A stretch of DNA of 57,591 nt, from positions 1 through 57,591 of the IMG/VR virus record IMGVR_UViG_3300042892_000963, one strand, 5' to 3'. The notes below the pieces were generated by a model that did no database searches, was not told the DNA's origin, and was given only the letters and a program-made list of their open reading frames with translations. The DNA comes from a virus. Its lineage: Duplodnaviria > Caudoviricetes. Position 1 is the stretch's first letter. Each line of letters begins with the position of its first letter. The position numbers were made by a program, and so were the translations under genes. Shown one piece after another: positions 39,494-48,571 of this stretch.

Positions 39494-41847
39494 TGATTGA
39501 ACCCAGCAAGAGTCTACAAGAAATCTTTGAAAAATCTATAGAGATGGCCAAGACTCTCAACCATGAATACATAACCATTGAACACATCATATATGGCATC
39601 ATGGAGGATGAAGATTCTTATAAACTGTTAGAAAGTTTTGGCGCTGATGCTAAATTCGTCAAAACAAATATCGAACACTATTTAAAAAACAATCTCAACG
39701 ATATTAAAACCACTAACGCTAATGCGAAACCAAAAAAGACCAACAGTGTTGAGCGGGTGTTGAATCGCTGCTTTACACAGGTCTTGTTCAGCGGCAGACA
39801 GCGTATGGAAATTGCAGATATCATTATCAGTGTGCTGTCAGAAAAAAACAGTTTCGGTTACTACTTTCTTACCAAAGCTGGAGTGACTAAAGAAAAATTT
39901 GTAAAATATTTCCAAGAAAATGTACAGGTAACTGAAGACGCAGAAGTAGAAACCCGCATAGTCAACACCACCCAGATAGATCGCATACTGAATCAATTCT
40001 GTACTAATCTCAGCCTCAAGGCCAAGCAGCGAAAACTTGATCCTGTAATAGGTCGTGATGATGAGATAGAAAAAATACAGTTGGTGCTGGCTCGTCGTAA
40101 CAAAGCCAACGTATTAATGGTAGGTGATCCCGGAGTAGGTAAAACTGCCATTGCCGAAGGCATTGCCCGCAAGATCCATGAGGGCAAGGTTCCTAAATTT
40201 ATCAAAGACCATCAAGTCTACACCTTAGATATCAGTGCCCTACTTGCAGGATCTAAGTATCGTGGTGACTTTGAAGAACGAGTCAAAGCTGTATTGGCTG
40301 CGTTAGAAAAGAAAGGCAAGATCATCTTGTTCATTGATGAAGCACATATGATGAACGGTGCAGGTGCTGCTAATGGCAGTTCAAACGACATGGCTAACAT
40401 GTTGAAACCTATACTTACTAAGGGTGTTCTCAAGCTGATAGCATCTACAACATGGGAAGAATATCGCAAGCACTTCGAAAGCGATCGTGCGTTGATGAGA
40501 CGATTCCAGCGTGTGACCATTGAGGAACCGGCACCAGACATGGCAGTGAAGATTCTTAAAGGTCTAAAGAAATACTACGAATCTCATCATAATGTTAAAA
40601 TCAGCGATGCAGCCATCGAGCAAGCAGTTAAACTCAGCGTTAAGTACATGGCAGATAAAAAACTGCCCGACAAGGCCATCGACATCATTGACTGCGCCTG
40701 CGCTAGATATAAACTAAAAGATGACGAGGGCATGGAAGGAGTAGCACAGATCGTTGACATAGAACAGGTCACCTATGAACTCAGCAAGATGATCAACATG
40801 CCTTTGGAAACAGTAGCTCAGAAAGAAAGTAAGAATCTTGCTGACCTTGACACACAAATGAAAGGTGTGGTTTACGGACAAGACGGTGCTGTAGATACAT
40901 TGTTAGATAAAATCTTTGTAAGTCAAGCTGGCATGAAGGCACCTAACAAGCCCATTGGATCGTTTCTATTCCTTGGACCTACCGGTTGCGGCAAAACAGA
41001 AACTGCTAAACAATTGTCAGATAAGATGGGCATGCAACTAATACGTTTTGATATGGGCGAGTATCAGGAAAAGCACTCTGTGGCAAGATTGATCGGTGCT
41101 CCGCCGGGCTATGTAGGCTACGAAGATAATGCCGGTATGTTGATTACCAAGTTACAAGAAACACCTAATGCTATCTTACTGTTAGACGAAGTCGAAAAAG
41201 CTCATCCAGATGTTATGAATATTCTTCTAGCATTCATGGACAACGGTTTTATCACAGGATCCAATGGTAAAGTAGCTGATGGTCGCAACACCATACTGAT
41301 CATGACCAGTAATCTTGGAGCAGCAGACAATGAACTCAACACTATCGGGTTTGGTGAGCTGGAACGAAATGGCGAAGATGACAAAGCTATTAAGAAACAT
41401 TTCAGTCCAGAATTCCGTAATAGACTAGATGCTGTGATCAAGTTCTCAAAACTCAGCGGCGACACTGTTATCCAGATTGTTAAAAAGTTTGTAGCTGATC
41501 TCAATAGTCAATTAAAAGACAAAGGCATAGAGATTGTAGTCAATGCCAAAGCCACACGTTGGTTAGCTGATCGAGGCTACGACAAGAAGATGGGAGCAAG
41601 ACCGTTGGCAAGGATCATCGACAACGAGATCAAGAGCCCACTGAGTCGTAGAGTGTTGTTTGGTGATCTAGTAAACGGTGGCAGAGTGACTGTTGATATA
41701 GTTGATGACAAACTAGATTTTACTGTTGTAGAAATTCCTAAACCGCTGACTAAGGAAGAAAGAAAAGCTCTTAGAGCGCAAAAACTTGCAGAAGCTGCTA
41801 AGGTAGAAGATAATGTTATCGCAGAAGACCAAACTAACGAATCGTAA
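39493..41847 (+). CDS. clpA: ATP-dependent Clp protease ATPase subunit
   Basis: Two AAA+ modules (GDPGVGKT, GPTGCGKT), GAPPGYVG and an IGF ClpP-docking loop; no ClpB M-domain. Confidence 0.9.
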   Translation: MIEPSKSLQEIFEKSIEMAKTLNHEYITIEHIIYGIMEDEDSYKLLESFGADAKFVKTNIEHYLKNNLNDIKTTNANAKPKKTNSVERVLNRCFTQVLFSGRQRMEIADIIISVLSEKNSFGYYFLTKAGVTKEKFVKYFQENVQVTEDAEVETRIVNTTQIDRILNQFCTNLSLKAKQRKLDPVIGRDDEIEKIQLVLARRNKANVLMVGDPGVGKTAIAEGIARKIHEGKVPKFIKDHQVYTLDISALLAGSKYRGDFEERVKAVLAALEKKGKIILFIDEAHMMNGAGAANGSSNDMANMLKPILTKGVLKLIASTTWEEYRKHFESDRALMRRFQRVTIEEPAPDMAVKILKGLKKYYESHHNVKISDAAIEQAVKLSVKYMADKKLPDKAIDIIDCACARYKLKDDEGMEGVAQIVDIEQVTYELSKMINMPLETVAQKESKNLADLDTQMKGVVYGQDGAVDTLLDKIFVSQAGMKAPNKPIGSFLFLGPTGCGKTETAKQLSDKMGMQLIRFDMGEYQEKHSVARLIGAPPGYVGYEDNAGMLITKLQETPNAILLLDEVEKAHPDVMNILLAFMDNGFITGSNGKVADGRNTILIMTSNLGAADNELNTIGFGELERNGEDDKAIKKHFSPEFRNRLDAVIKFSKLSGDTVIQIVKKFVADLNSQLKDKGIEIVVNAKATRWLADRGYDKKMGARPLARIIDNEIKSPLSRRVLFGDLVNGGRVTVDIVDDKLDFTVVEIPKPLTKEERKALRAQKLAEAAKVEDNVIAEDQTNES

Positions 41848-42496
41848 GTTCTACGGTAAATGGTTGTACAAAGTCAGTCTGTCGTTGGACGGCTGTGTGA
41901 TGTTACGAACATATGCTGTAGAAGACATTCCAGAAATGCTAAATCATTACAACGAAGATAAATCTGCATATTTTGTAAGTCACCGTAAAGCCGTGGCTAA
42001 CAAAGAGGCTATTATTAATCTCTGTGAGTTTTTAGCAGCATACGACAAAGACACGTATTCTCTTAGAATTGAACGCAGCCGACTAGACATCTATACAAAT
42101 GATGTAGATTTTTATGAAACATTATCTATACAGTGTCAACTAGAATTAGTACATCGATTTCAACCTAGTGCAGCGAATGTAGAAATTCTTAAAGATTCAC
42201 AGAACTCTATTACTGTAGATAAGCTACCCAAAGGCAAATATCAGTATCGTGTGTATCTATTGCCTCACAAAATGTCTAAAGATCGTGAAGGCAAACAGAG
42301 GTACTTGAACTGGTTGAAATCTCAGTCCCCTAGAATAACCTGTACTCCTGCTATCGAACGTTGGTTTTTAGTCACAGATTGGAATTGGGACCGTAGATAT
42401 GTATTGGTTGAAGACGAATCCACACTATTAATGATGAAACTGCGTGGTGCTGACGTTGTGGGTAGAGTATATAACTTTATAGTATGCGATAAATAG
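41813..42496 (+). CDS. hypothetical protein
   Basis: 227-aa ORF overlapping the clpA end. Confidence 0.75.
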   Translation: MLSQKTKLTNRKFYGKWLYKVSLSLDGCVMLRTYAVEDIPEMLNHYNEDKSAYFVSHRKAVANKEAIINLCEFLAAYDKDTYSLRIERSRLDIYTNDVDFYETLSIQCQLELVHRFQPSAANVEILKDSQNSITVDKLPKGKYQYRVYLLPHKMSKDREGKQRYLNWLKSQSPRITCTPAIERWFLVTDWNWDRRYVLVEDESTLLMMKLRGADVVGRVYNFIVCDK

Positions 42497-42499
42497 TTG

Positions 42500-42865
42500 A
42501 TGAGCAGAGAAACCATAGTATTATTATCAAATATTACCGACGACAGTCAGCCCTCTACATGGCAGTACGGCGAAAAACACATAGGTGCAGGCTACTACAA
42601 AAACGGTAACGGTGTGCATACTATGACCTTTGAACTGAATAATTTCAAGGGCAGTATCAAAGTACAGGCCACTCTAGACCTAAATCCTGGCATTAACGAC
42701 TGGTTTGATGTGGTTCTTGACAGCTCAGACACTGTGTTAACTGCTATAGACAGCACACCTGTCACTTCCAACGCTGCCTGCACATTTACTGGTAAATTTG
42801 TGTTTATACGTGTGGCTTATCAGTTGGAACAGGGCACAATCACCGAAATCCGATATAATCACTAA
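42500..42865 (+). CDS. hypothetical late (probably structural) beta-rich protein
   Basis: TAAATA 4 nt upstream of the ATG. Confidence 0.7.
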   Translation: MSRETIVLLSNITDDSQPSTWQYGEKHIGAGYYKNGNGVHTMTFELNNFKGSIKVQATLDLNPGINDWFDVVLDSSDTVLTAIDSTPVTSNAACTFTGKFVFIRVAYQLEQGTITEIRYNH

Positions 42866-42909
42866 ACTGTTTGAGACGATAAATATAGTATGACCTCCCG
42901 AGGAATACT

Positions 42910-43866
42910 ATGAGAGACTTGTTATCTAAGTTAGACGCTATCGTAAGCGAAACAGAATTAAAAAATCCTGAAGACCTTCAGGCTAAACGCAAAGCCCTTC
43001 AGGATTTGCAAATGGATCCCGTTGCTTCTCAAGATCCAGAAATCAAACAAGCAATTATACAGCGCAAATCCGATCTTGAAAAAGAGGCCAAAGCCAAAGG
43101 ATTTTCGGAATCATTTCAGATAGGTGATGCATTTGGCATTAGTTTTTCTGAAGATCACGAAATTGCCACAGAAATCGTAGACATTCTAGAAGATGGAATT
43201 GTAATCGAATTAGATGACACTGCATTAGATATGCTGACCAATGAAGGGCTAGAGTTCTTAGAAGGCGAATTAGTAGAAGACAAACAAAAAGGTGTTGATG
43301 GCAAGGCCTGTTGGAAAGGCTACAAGCGCATGGGCACCAAACAGAAAGGCGGCAAGACTGTAGATAACTGTGTTAAGATGGAAGACCACGGTCCTGAAGA
43401 TCCGAATGCACCTGTAAACTACGGCGAATATGATCGCGAAGGCGACATGGCCAAAGATGATTTGCGCACCATTGACAGTGCTGCTGAAGAACTGTACAGC
43501 ATTTTACAAGCAGACGACAATCTTCCAGAATGGGTACAAAGCAAGATCACCAAAGCTGTGGACTACATAGATACAGCTCGTGATTACATGAAAGCACAGA
43601 ATTACGAGGAAGATACACAAACTGACGAAGCCAAATATCAAGGTCGTGAAGTGCCATTAGGTAAAAAGATGGCCGGCGATGTTAAAAAATCCAAAGTATA
43701 TGTACGTAAGCCTAATGGTAACATTGTCAAGGTAAACTTTGGCGATAAGAAAATGCGTATTAAGAAAAGTAATCCTGCTCGTAGAAAGAGTTTCCGTGCT
43801 AGACATAATTGTGCGAATCCAGGACCTCGTCATAAAGCCAGATACTGGTCTTGTAGGAGCTGGTAA
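42910..43866 (+). CDS. modular putative internal head protein
   Basis: Distinct modules (CWKGYK..NCVK, EGDMAK..LPEWVQSKI, EAKYQGR..YWSCRSW) separated by Glu junctions. Confidence 0.55.
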   Translation: MRDLLSKLDAIVSETELKNPEDLQAKRKALQDLQMDPVASQDPEIKQAIIQRKSDLEKEAKAKGFSESFQIGDAFGISFSEDHEIATEIVDILEDGIVIELDDTALDMLTNEGLEFLEGELVEDKQKGVDGKACWKGYKRMGTKQKGGKTVDNCVKMEDHGPEDPNAPVNYGEYDREGDMAKDDLRTIDSAAEELYSILQADDNLPEWVQSKITKAVDYIDTARDYMKAQNYEEDTQTDEAKYQGREVPLGKKMAGDVKKSKVYVRKPNGNIVKVNFGDKKMRIKKSNPARRKSFRARHNCANPGPRHKARYWSCRSW

Positions 43867-44201
43867 TGCTGTTAAGAGAAATGTTTTCGCCTATTGGCGC
43901 ACCCAAAGACGACCAGCAAGAAATTGATTACTTAGACGATCTAAAATTTTTCATCGACAACGATTCAAAAATGTTAGATCAATATTTCTTTCCTGCTGTG
44001 AAACGCCATCGTGAACACCGCGGCAATCCCAATGTGTTCAAAGTTTATATCCGCCCACTAGAACAATGCATGAGTCACTATTGTGATCAATTCGACATAG
44101 ACGATGCAGATAAGAAATTCCCCAAAGATAAACTCATAGACTTAGCCAAACGCATTGCTGAAGAGCAAGAACGTCACATTGAAAAAGGCGACTACGACTG
44201 A
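43866..44201 (+). CDS. hypothetical protein
   Basis: MLLREMF N-terminus; translationally coupled. Confidence 0.75.
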   Translation: MLLREMFSPIGAPKDDQQEIDYLDDLKFFIDNDSKMLDQYFFPAVKRHREHRGNPNVFKVYIRPLEQCMSHYCDQFDIDDADKKFPKDKLIDLAKRIAEEQERHIEKGDYD

Positions 44202-45517
44202 TGCTGTTAAAACAACTGTTCGAAGACGGAACCAAGCATGTGACATTCTGTTTTGGCAGAATGAATCCTCCTACGATTGGTCACAAGCAGGTATTAGATA
44301 CTATGAAAAGCCAAGGTGGCGAAATGAAGATTTTTGTCAGTCAAAGTCAAGACAAAAAGAAAAATCCCCTGGACTATGTGACTAAGATCAAATTCATTAA
44401 GGAAATGTTTCCTCAGTACGCCAAGGATGTAGTAGACAATGCAGGACTAAACACCATTGGTAAAGTAGCCAGCTATCTGCACGAACAGGGATACAACGCT
44501 GTGACATTTGTAGCAGGGTCGGATCGTTTAGAAGATATGAAAAGTCTTCTTACACAGTACAACGGTGTAGAAGGCAAGGCGCACGGGTTCTATAAATTTG
44601 ATGTTATTGATTTTGCCAGCAGTGGAGACCGTGAAGACGGAGCCGAAGGTGTAGCAGGTGTCAGTGCCAGCGGTGCAAGAGCAGCCGCTGCGAATAATGA
44701 TTTCGAAGGATTTCAAGAAGCCACTGGCGCAGGAGAGTTGGCCAAACCGTTGTTCACTGCTGTGAGAAATGGTATGGGCATTAAGGAAGAAGTAGAAGAA
44801 GGGTGGAAAAGTAAAATTGCAGGTGCTGCATTAGCAGGTGCTGCTGCACTAGGTGGCGGTGGGGCTTACGCTCAAAGTTCAGGCGAAGACTTTCTTCCAG
44901 ATATTGTTGCACACGTTACGTTTAAAGTTGACGGTAAAGAAATAACCAAAGATATTAATTTAGGAACAACATATAAGTCTCCAGGAGAAGCTTCAGAAGC
45001 TCTTGAAAAGTTTTTAAAATCTAAAGGTATAAAATATTACGATTTTAATCTTGAACGTGTAAAACCTAAAGACAATGACTATTTAGATAAAACTCCTGCT
45101 AAGAATTCACCAGACCTAAGTAATTTTAGTACATCGTATCTGCAAAAAGTTGCAGCAGGCGAGCATCCGAGACCTATGGTCGATAAAGACGATGCTAAAA
45201 AAGAATTAGCTAAAAGACGTAATGAAAGTGTTTCAGAAGCACCTATCGAGATGGATCCAGCAGATCCAATGGATCCAATGATTCACAGTCATGATAAAGC
45301 CAATCCTGCTAAATTAAAGTATCGCATGCTACGTGCGGCCGGACAACTAAAAGATCTAGCCAGTCGAGCTGAGAATGCCAGTCCGGGCGAGTGGCAACTA
45401 ATGGCTCGTCAGTTTGACGAACTAAAAATGAATATGGAACAGATTCGCCACGCTCTAGAAGAACTAGGTAAAATAAAAAGCAAAGGTGGCATTAGGTCAA
45501 GAGGTATCACTGTATGA
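44201..45517 (+). CDS. nucleotidyltransferase (cytidyltransferase-like) fused to further modules
   Basis: FGRMNPPTIGH, KNPL, VAGSDR and VSASGAR; C-terminal extra modules. Confidence 0.8.
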   Translation: MLLKQLFEDGTKHVTFCFGRMNPPTIGHKQVLDTMKSQGGEMKIFVSQSQDKKKNPLDYVTKIKFIKEMFPQYAKDVVDNAGLNTIGKVASYLHEQGYNAVTFVAGSDRLEDMKSLLTQYNGVEGKAHGFYKFDVIDFASSGDREDGAEGVAGVSASGARAAAANNDFEGFQEATGAGELAKPLFTAVRNGMGIKEEVEEGWKSKIAGAALAGAAALGGGGAYAQSSGEDFLPDIVAHVTFKVDGKEITKDINLGTTYKSPGEASEALEKFLKSKGIKYYDFNLERVKPKDNDYLDKTPAKNSPDLSNFSTSYLQKVAAGEHPRPMVDKDDAKKELAKRRNESVSEAPIEMDPADPMDPMIHSHDKANPAKLKYRMLRAAGQLKDLASRAENASPGEWQLMARQFDELKMNMEQIRHALEELGKIKSKGGIRSRGITV

Positions 45518-45690
45518 GAGCAAAAGATTTTGTACCGCCTAGTAAACCTCGTAATTTTGTAGCCAAGAATCAAAAGACTGCAGGTGCTGGCGCACACAAA
45601 GATAAAAAACGTGCAGAGAAACAAGGCAATGTCAAGCACAAGCAGAAACAGTTTGAAGAAGATGTAGAGCAAGATACTAATTCAAAATAA
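45514..45690 (+). CDS. small basic protein (not in ORF track)
   Basis: MRAKDFVPPSKPRNFVAKN...GAGAHKDKKR, 58 aa, ATGA-coupled. Confidence 0.7.
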   Translation: MRAKDFVPPSKPRNFVAKNQKTAGAGAHKDKKRAEKQGNVKHKQKQFEEDVEQDTNSK

Positions 45691-45698
45691 AAAATATC

Positions 45699-45905
45699 AT
45701 GGACGAATTAGACGAAATTAAAAAACTTGCAGGTATTAACGAATTTCGAGGCTATCAGCCGTATGGTGGCAGCAACATAAGTATTACCGGAAATGAAAAA
45801 GGTGAACTTATGAAAAAACATAATATTAAACCAGGCACTGATGAATGGTTTCAACTGTGGTTTAGTAAACCATACTTAACTGGTGAAAAACCTGTAGGAA
45901 AGTAA
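45699..45905 (+). CDS. hypothetical protein
   Basis: [15 protein letters not shown]...[13 protein letters not shown]. Confidence 0.75.
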   Translation: MDELDEIKKLAGINEFRGYQPYGGSNISITGNEKGELMKKHNIKPGTDEWFQLWFSKPYLTGEKPVGK

Positions 45906-45907
45906 AA

Positions 45908-46234
45908 ATGGTCGAGATAACAGAATCAGCAAAATCTAAAATAATGGATCTATTGCTAGAAGAGAATAATCCCAAGCTGGCATTACGCACATTTGTACAA
46001 GGTGGCGGGTGCAGTGGTTTCAGCTATGGCTTTACCTTCGACGAAACAAAGAACGAAGACGATTTTGAATTTCCTATCAACGAACAATACAATGTGTTTG
46101 TCGATGCAATGAGCATGCAGTATCTACAAGGTGCTGTTATTGATTACAAAGAAGAAGCAATGGGCAGTCAGTTTGTTATTACTAATCCTAATGCACAATC
46201 AACCTGCGGCTGCGGCAGTAGCTTTTCAGTATGA
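45908..46234 (+). CDS. erpA: A-type Fe-S insertion protein
   Basis: [20 protein letters not shown] and [16 protein letters not shown]. Confidence 0.88.
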   Translation: MVEITESAKSKIMDLLLEENNPKLALRTFVQGGGCSGFSYGFTFDETKNEDDFEFPINEQYNVFVDAMSMQYLQGAVIDYKEEAMGSQFVITNPNAQSTCGCGSSFSV

Positions 46235-46308
46235 ACCCAAACAATTACCCAGTATATCCAGAGGACGACGGTTATGACACTCCAAAAAACCCTTACAGCC
46301 CTGTGTAA
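46231..46308 (+). CDS. possible 25-aa Pro/Tyr-rich peptide
   Basis: ATGA-coupled to erpA: [25 protein letters not shown]. Confidence 0.4.
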   Translation: MNPNNYPVYPEDDGYDTPKNPYSPV

Positions 46309-46453
46309 TAAATTTATCACAGGTTTGGCCATTTATGGCATCAGCATGAGCCTAGCCTATGCTGGTTACATCGGACAAGACATTAATCCACAATATGATT
46401 GGTGTGACCCGAGGTTCTGTTGTCCTCCAGGAAATTTAGATGAGAGCAAGTGA
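46274..46453 (+). CDS. possible secreted Cys-containing peptide (not in ORF track)
   Basis: [59 protein letters not shown]; GAGGA ~8 nt upstream. Confidence 0.5.
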   Translation: MTLQKTLTALCNKFITGLAIYGISMSLAYAGYIGQDINPQYDWCDPRFCCPPGNLDESK

Positions 46454-46781
46454 ATTTGTTGTAGAAAAACGCCGCAAGCGTAAGCCTCGGTGGGCTGCTT
46501 ATGGCCCAGGGCCGTATGGCGGTTACGGGTATGCTACTGGATACAGTGGCGATGGCGGCAGCAGTGGTGGTGACGGAGGCGGTGGTGAGAGCATCGAGCA
46601 TGAAAACTTTGCAGATGGTAAAAAGCCTGGTCGTAAAGGACTTGCTAAACGCAGTGGAGTCAATACCAAAGCCAGTGTTAGCAGCCTAAGAAAAACAGCT
46701 AAAAATTCATCAGGTGAAAAAGCTCGCATGGCGCACTGGCTGGCTAACATGAAAGCAGGCCGTGCTAAGAAGAATAAATAA
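46440..46781 (+). CDS. putative internal head protein (Gly-rich plus basic module)
   Basis: MRASEFVVE N-terminus; ENFADGKKPGRKG module. Confidence 0.65.
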   Translation: MRASEFVVEKRRKRKPRWAAYGPGPYGGYGYATGYSGDGGSSGGDGGGGESIEHENFADGKKPGRKGLAKRSGVNTKASVSSLRKTAKNSSGEKARMAHWLANMKAGRAKKNK

Positions 46782-46785
46782 CAGT

Positions 46786-46971
46786 ATGAAAATATCAGAA
46801 ATTTTAGAATCAGCAACAGCAGGCGCTACCAGTGCTGGTAACGTAGCTATAGGTGCTGTATACAAAAATAAACCCGGAAAAACGGCAAAAAACAAAGACG
46901 GAACTGCCAAAAACGCATTAGATCTTAAAGGAACTAATCTGTTAACTGGTGGGTCTTTGGTAAAAAGATAA
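46786..46971 (+). CDS. putative internal head peptide
   Basis: MKISEILESATAGATSAG; TAAATA 5 nt upstream. Confidence 0.65.
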   Translation: MKISEILESATAGATSAGNVAIGAVYKNKPGKTAKNKDGTAKNALDLKGTNLLTGGSLVKR

Positions 46972-47000
46972 ATACATAATACACTTTTAGGAATGTGAAC

Positions 47001-47867
47001 ATGGACTTCAAATCGTTAATCAGCAAAATAGAAAGCATCGACGGCAAAATCGATACTCCAAAAGCACCACAGCTACCCAAGTCTGTGCAATTGAATGAAG
47101 ACGCACAACTGCGTGTTCTAAGCGGCCGTACTACTTACGTTGCTGAAGCTAAAAAGAAAGCTGAAGAAGACGTTAAAGAAGCCGACGACATGAAAGTAGG
47201 CGATAAGAAAAACATCGCTACTGGCACTGTTGAAAAAACAAAAACAGGCATTGTTCACAAGAGCAGCAAGGCCTATGGCGGCAGTGAAGAAAAAGAAGCT
47301 GATGAAGATGACAAGCCAAAGAAAAAAGCCAAGAAAGAAAGTGTAGAACCTCAGTTTAAAAGCAAGTTCATGAAAATGGTCGAAGCCAAGAAAGAAGAAG
47401 CTGCTGATAAGAAAAAGAAAATGGCTAAGAAAGAAAAGATGGCAGAAGGATCTAAGCCAGACTTCTTAGACGTTGACAAAGACGGCGACAAGAAAGAGCC
47501 AATGAAAAAAGCTGCTGCTGACAAAGGCGATGACAAGCCAGCTGGCAAGAAAGGCATGAGCGACAAGCAGGCCAAATATTTTGGTAAGAAAACTGAAAGC
47601 GCAATGATGCCTAAAGGCAAAAAGCGTCCAGTTAAAGAAAGTGTAGAAACAAAATTATCTTTCAAACAAATGGTACAGTTGGTACAAGAAAGTGGTGGTC
47701 AACAACAGATTGATCCTGTAGACAAAGCTCTGTTTACCTGGGCCGAGCGTGTGGCCAAGAACAAACTAGGCGAAGGTATGAAAGCTGATCTGTACGCAGG
47801 TCTAGTATACGAACGCAACGGCGGTGTATTTGAAATGTACGATGTACTATCAGAAGACCAAAAATAA
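47001..47867 (+). CDS. K/E-rich putative internal head/scaffold-like protein
   Basis: Highly charged; EF-hand-like DVDKDGD; late promoter upstream. Confidence 0.65.
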   Translation: MDFKSLISKIESIDGKIDTPKAPQLPKSVQLNEDAQLRVLSGRTTYVAEAKKKAEEDVKEADDMKVGDKKNIATGTVEKTKTGIVHKSSKAYGGSEEKEADEDDKPKKKAKKESVEPQFKSKFMKMVEAKKEEAADKKKKMAKKEKMAEGSKPDFLDVDKDGDKKEPMKKAAADKGDDKPAGKKGMSDKQAKYFGKKTESAMMPKGKKRPVKESVETKLSFKQMVQLVQESGGQQQIDPVDKALFTWAERVAKNKLGEGMKADLYAGLVYERNGGVFEMYDVLSEDQK

Positions 47868-47884
47868 TTTTTAGTTTGGTAAAC

Positions 47885-47916
47885 AAAAGCCAGTCATAGG
47901 TTGACTGGCTTTTTTT
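47885..47916 (+). terminator. intrinsic terminator
   Basis: AAAAGCCAGTCA-TAGGT-TGACTGGCTTTTTTT. Confidence 0.9.
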
Positions 47917-47929
47917 ATGACTATATAAT
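47901..47929 (+). promoter_or_regulatory. sigma70-type promoter overlapping the terminator
   Basis: TTGACT(47901-47906)-17 bp-TATAAT(47924-47929). Confidence 0.8.
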
Positions 47930-47949
47930 AGTTGTATAGGAGAGAACAA

Positions 47950-48210
47950 ATGACAAAAATGTACGGGCCAGAAGAAAAAGCCAAATTAGAAAGATTGATC
48001 AATGAAGGATCAAATGTTCTACGAGAAGTCGAAGACCTGCAAGAGGGTCTCAAAGAAACTGTGAATGCTGTTGCAGAAGAATTACAGATCAAACCCAGTT
48101 GGATCAACAAAGCAATACGCATTGCACACAAAGACAATTGGAAAGATCACGAAGCTGAATGGAACGAGATCGAAATGATCCTCGGCGTAACAAAAAAACT
48201 GCCTGAATGA
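47950..48210 (+). CDS. T4 DsbA-like dsDNA-binding protein
   Basis: L..LINEG......E.L.E.LKE.V..VAEEL.I....INKAIRIAHKDN pattern resembles T4 DsbA; AGGAG RBS. Confidence 0.6.
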   Translation: MTKMYGPEEKAKLERLINEGSNVLREVEDLQEGLKETVNAVAEELQIKPSWINKAIRIAHKDNWKDHEAEWNEIEMILGVTKKLPE

Positions 48211-48497
48211 ATGAACTATTAAAACCTACGTTTGATTGGATTAGGGATGATTGGAATTCTCATCCCTTACGGTTTTTTATTGAGTTACTCGCTTGGGCTA
48301 TTAGTATTGGTTGTTCAATCACTATGGCTGTCACGGTTCCCAATCCGCCATTACTTGCTCTATATCCTGTTTGGATCGCTGGCTGTGCCATGTATGCTTG
48401 GGCTGCTTATACTCGGAAATCATTTGGCATGCTGGCTAACTATATCTTGCTAACCGCAATTGATACGTTTGGCCTAGCAAGAATGCTAATTAATTAA
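48207..48497 (+). CDS. small membrane protein
   Basis: Three hydrophobic segments. Confidence 0.75.
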   Translation: MNELLKPTFDWIRDDWNSHPLRFFIELLAWAISIGCSITMAVTVPNPPLLALYPVWIAGCAMYAWAAYTRKSFGMLANYILLTAIDTFGLARMLIN

Positions 48498-48511
48498 ATA
48501 ATGTGAGAAGG

Positions 48512-48565
48512 TAGGCGGGCCATAAACCGCACATTGGTATTTGCAAGCCTAAAATTGCATAGGAG
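48512..48565 (+). promoter_or_regulatory. structured leader (tandem hairpins) of the DNA polymerase gene
   Basis: GCGG-GCCATAAA-CCGC and TGCAA-GCCTAAAA-TTGCA, the second abutting the TAGGAG RBS. Confidence 0.55.
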
Positions 48566-48571
48566 AAAAAA

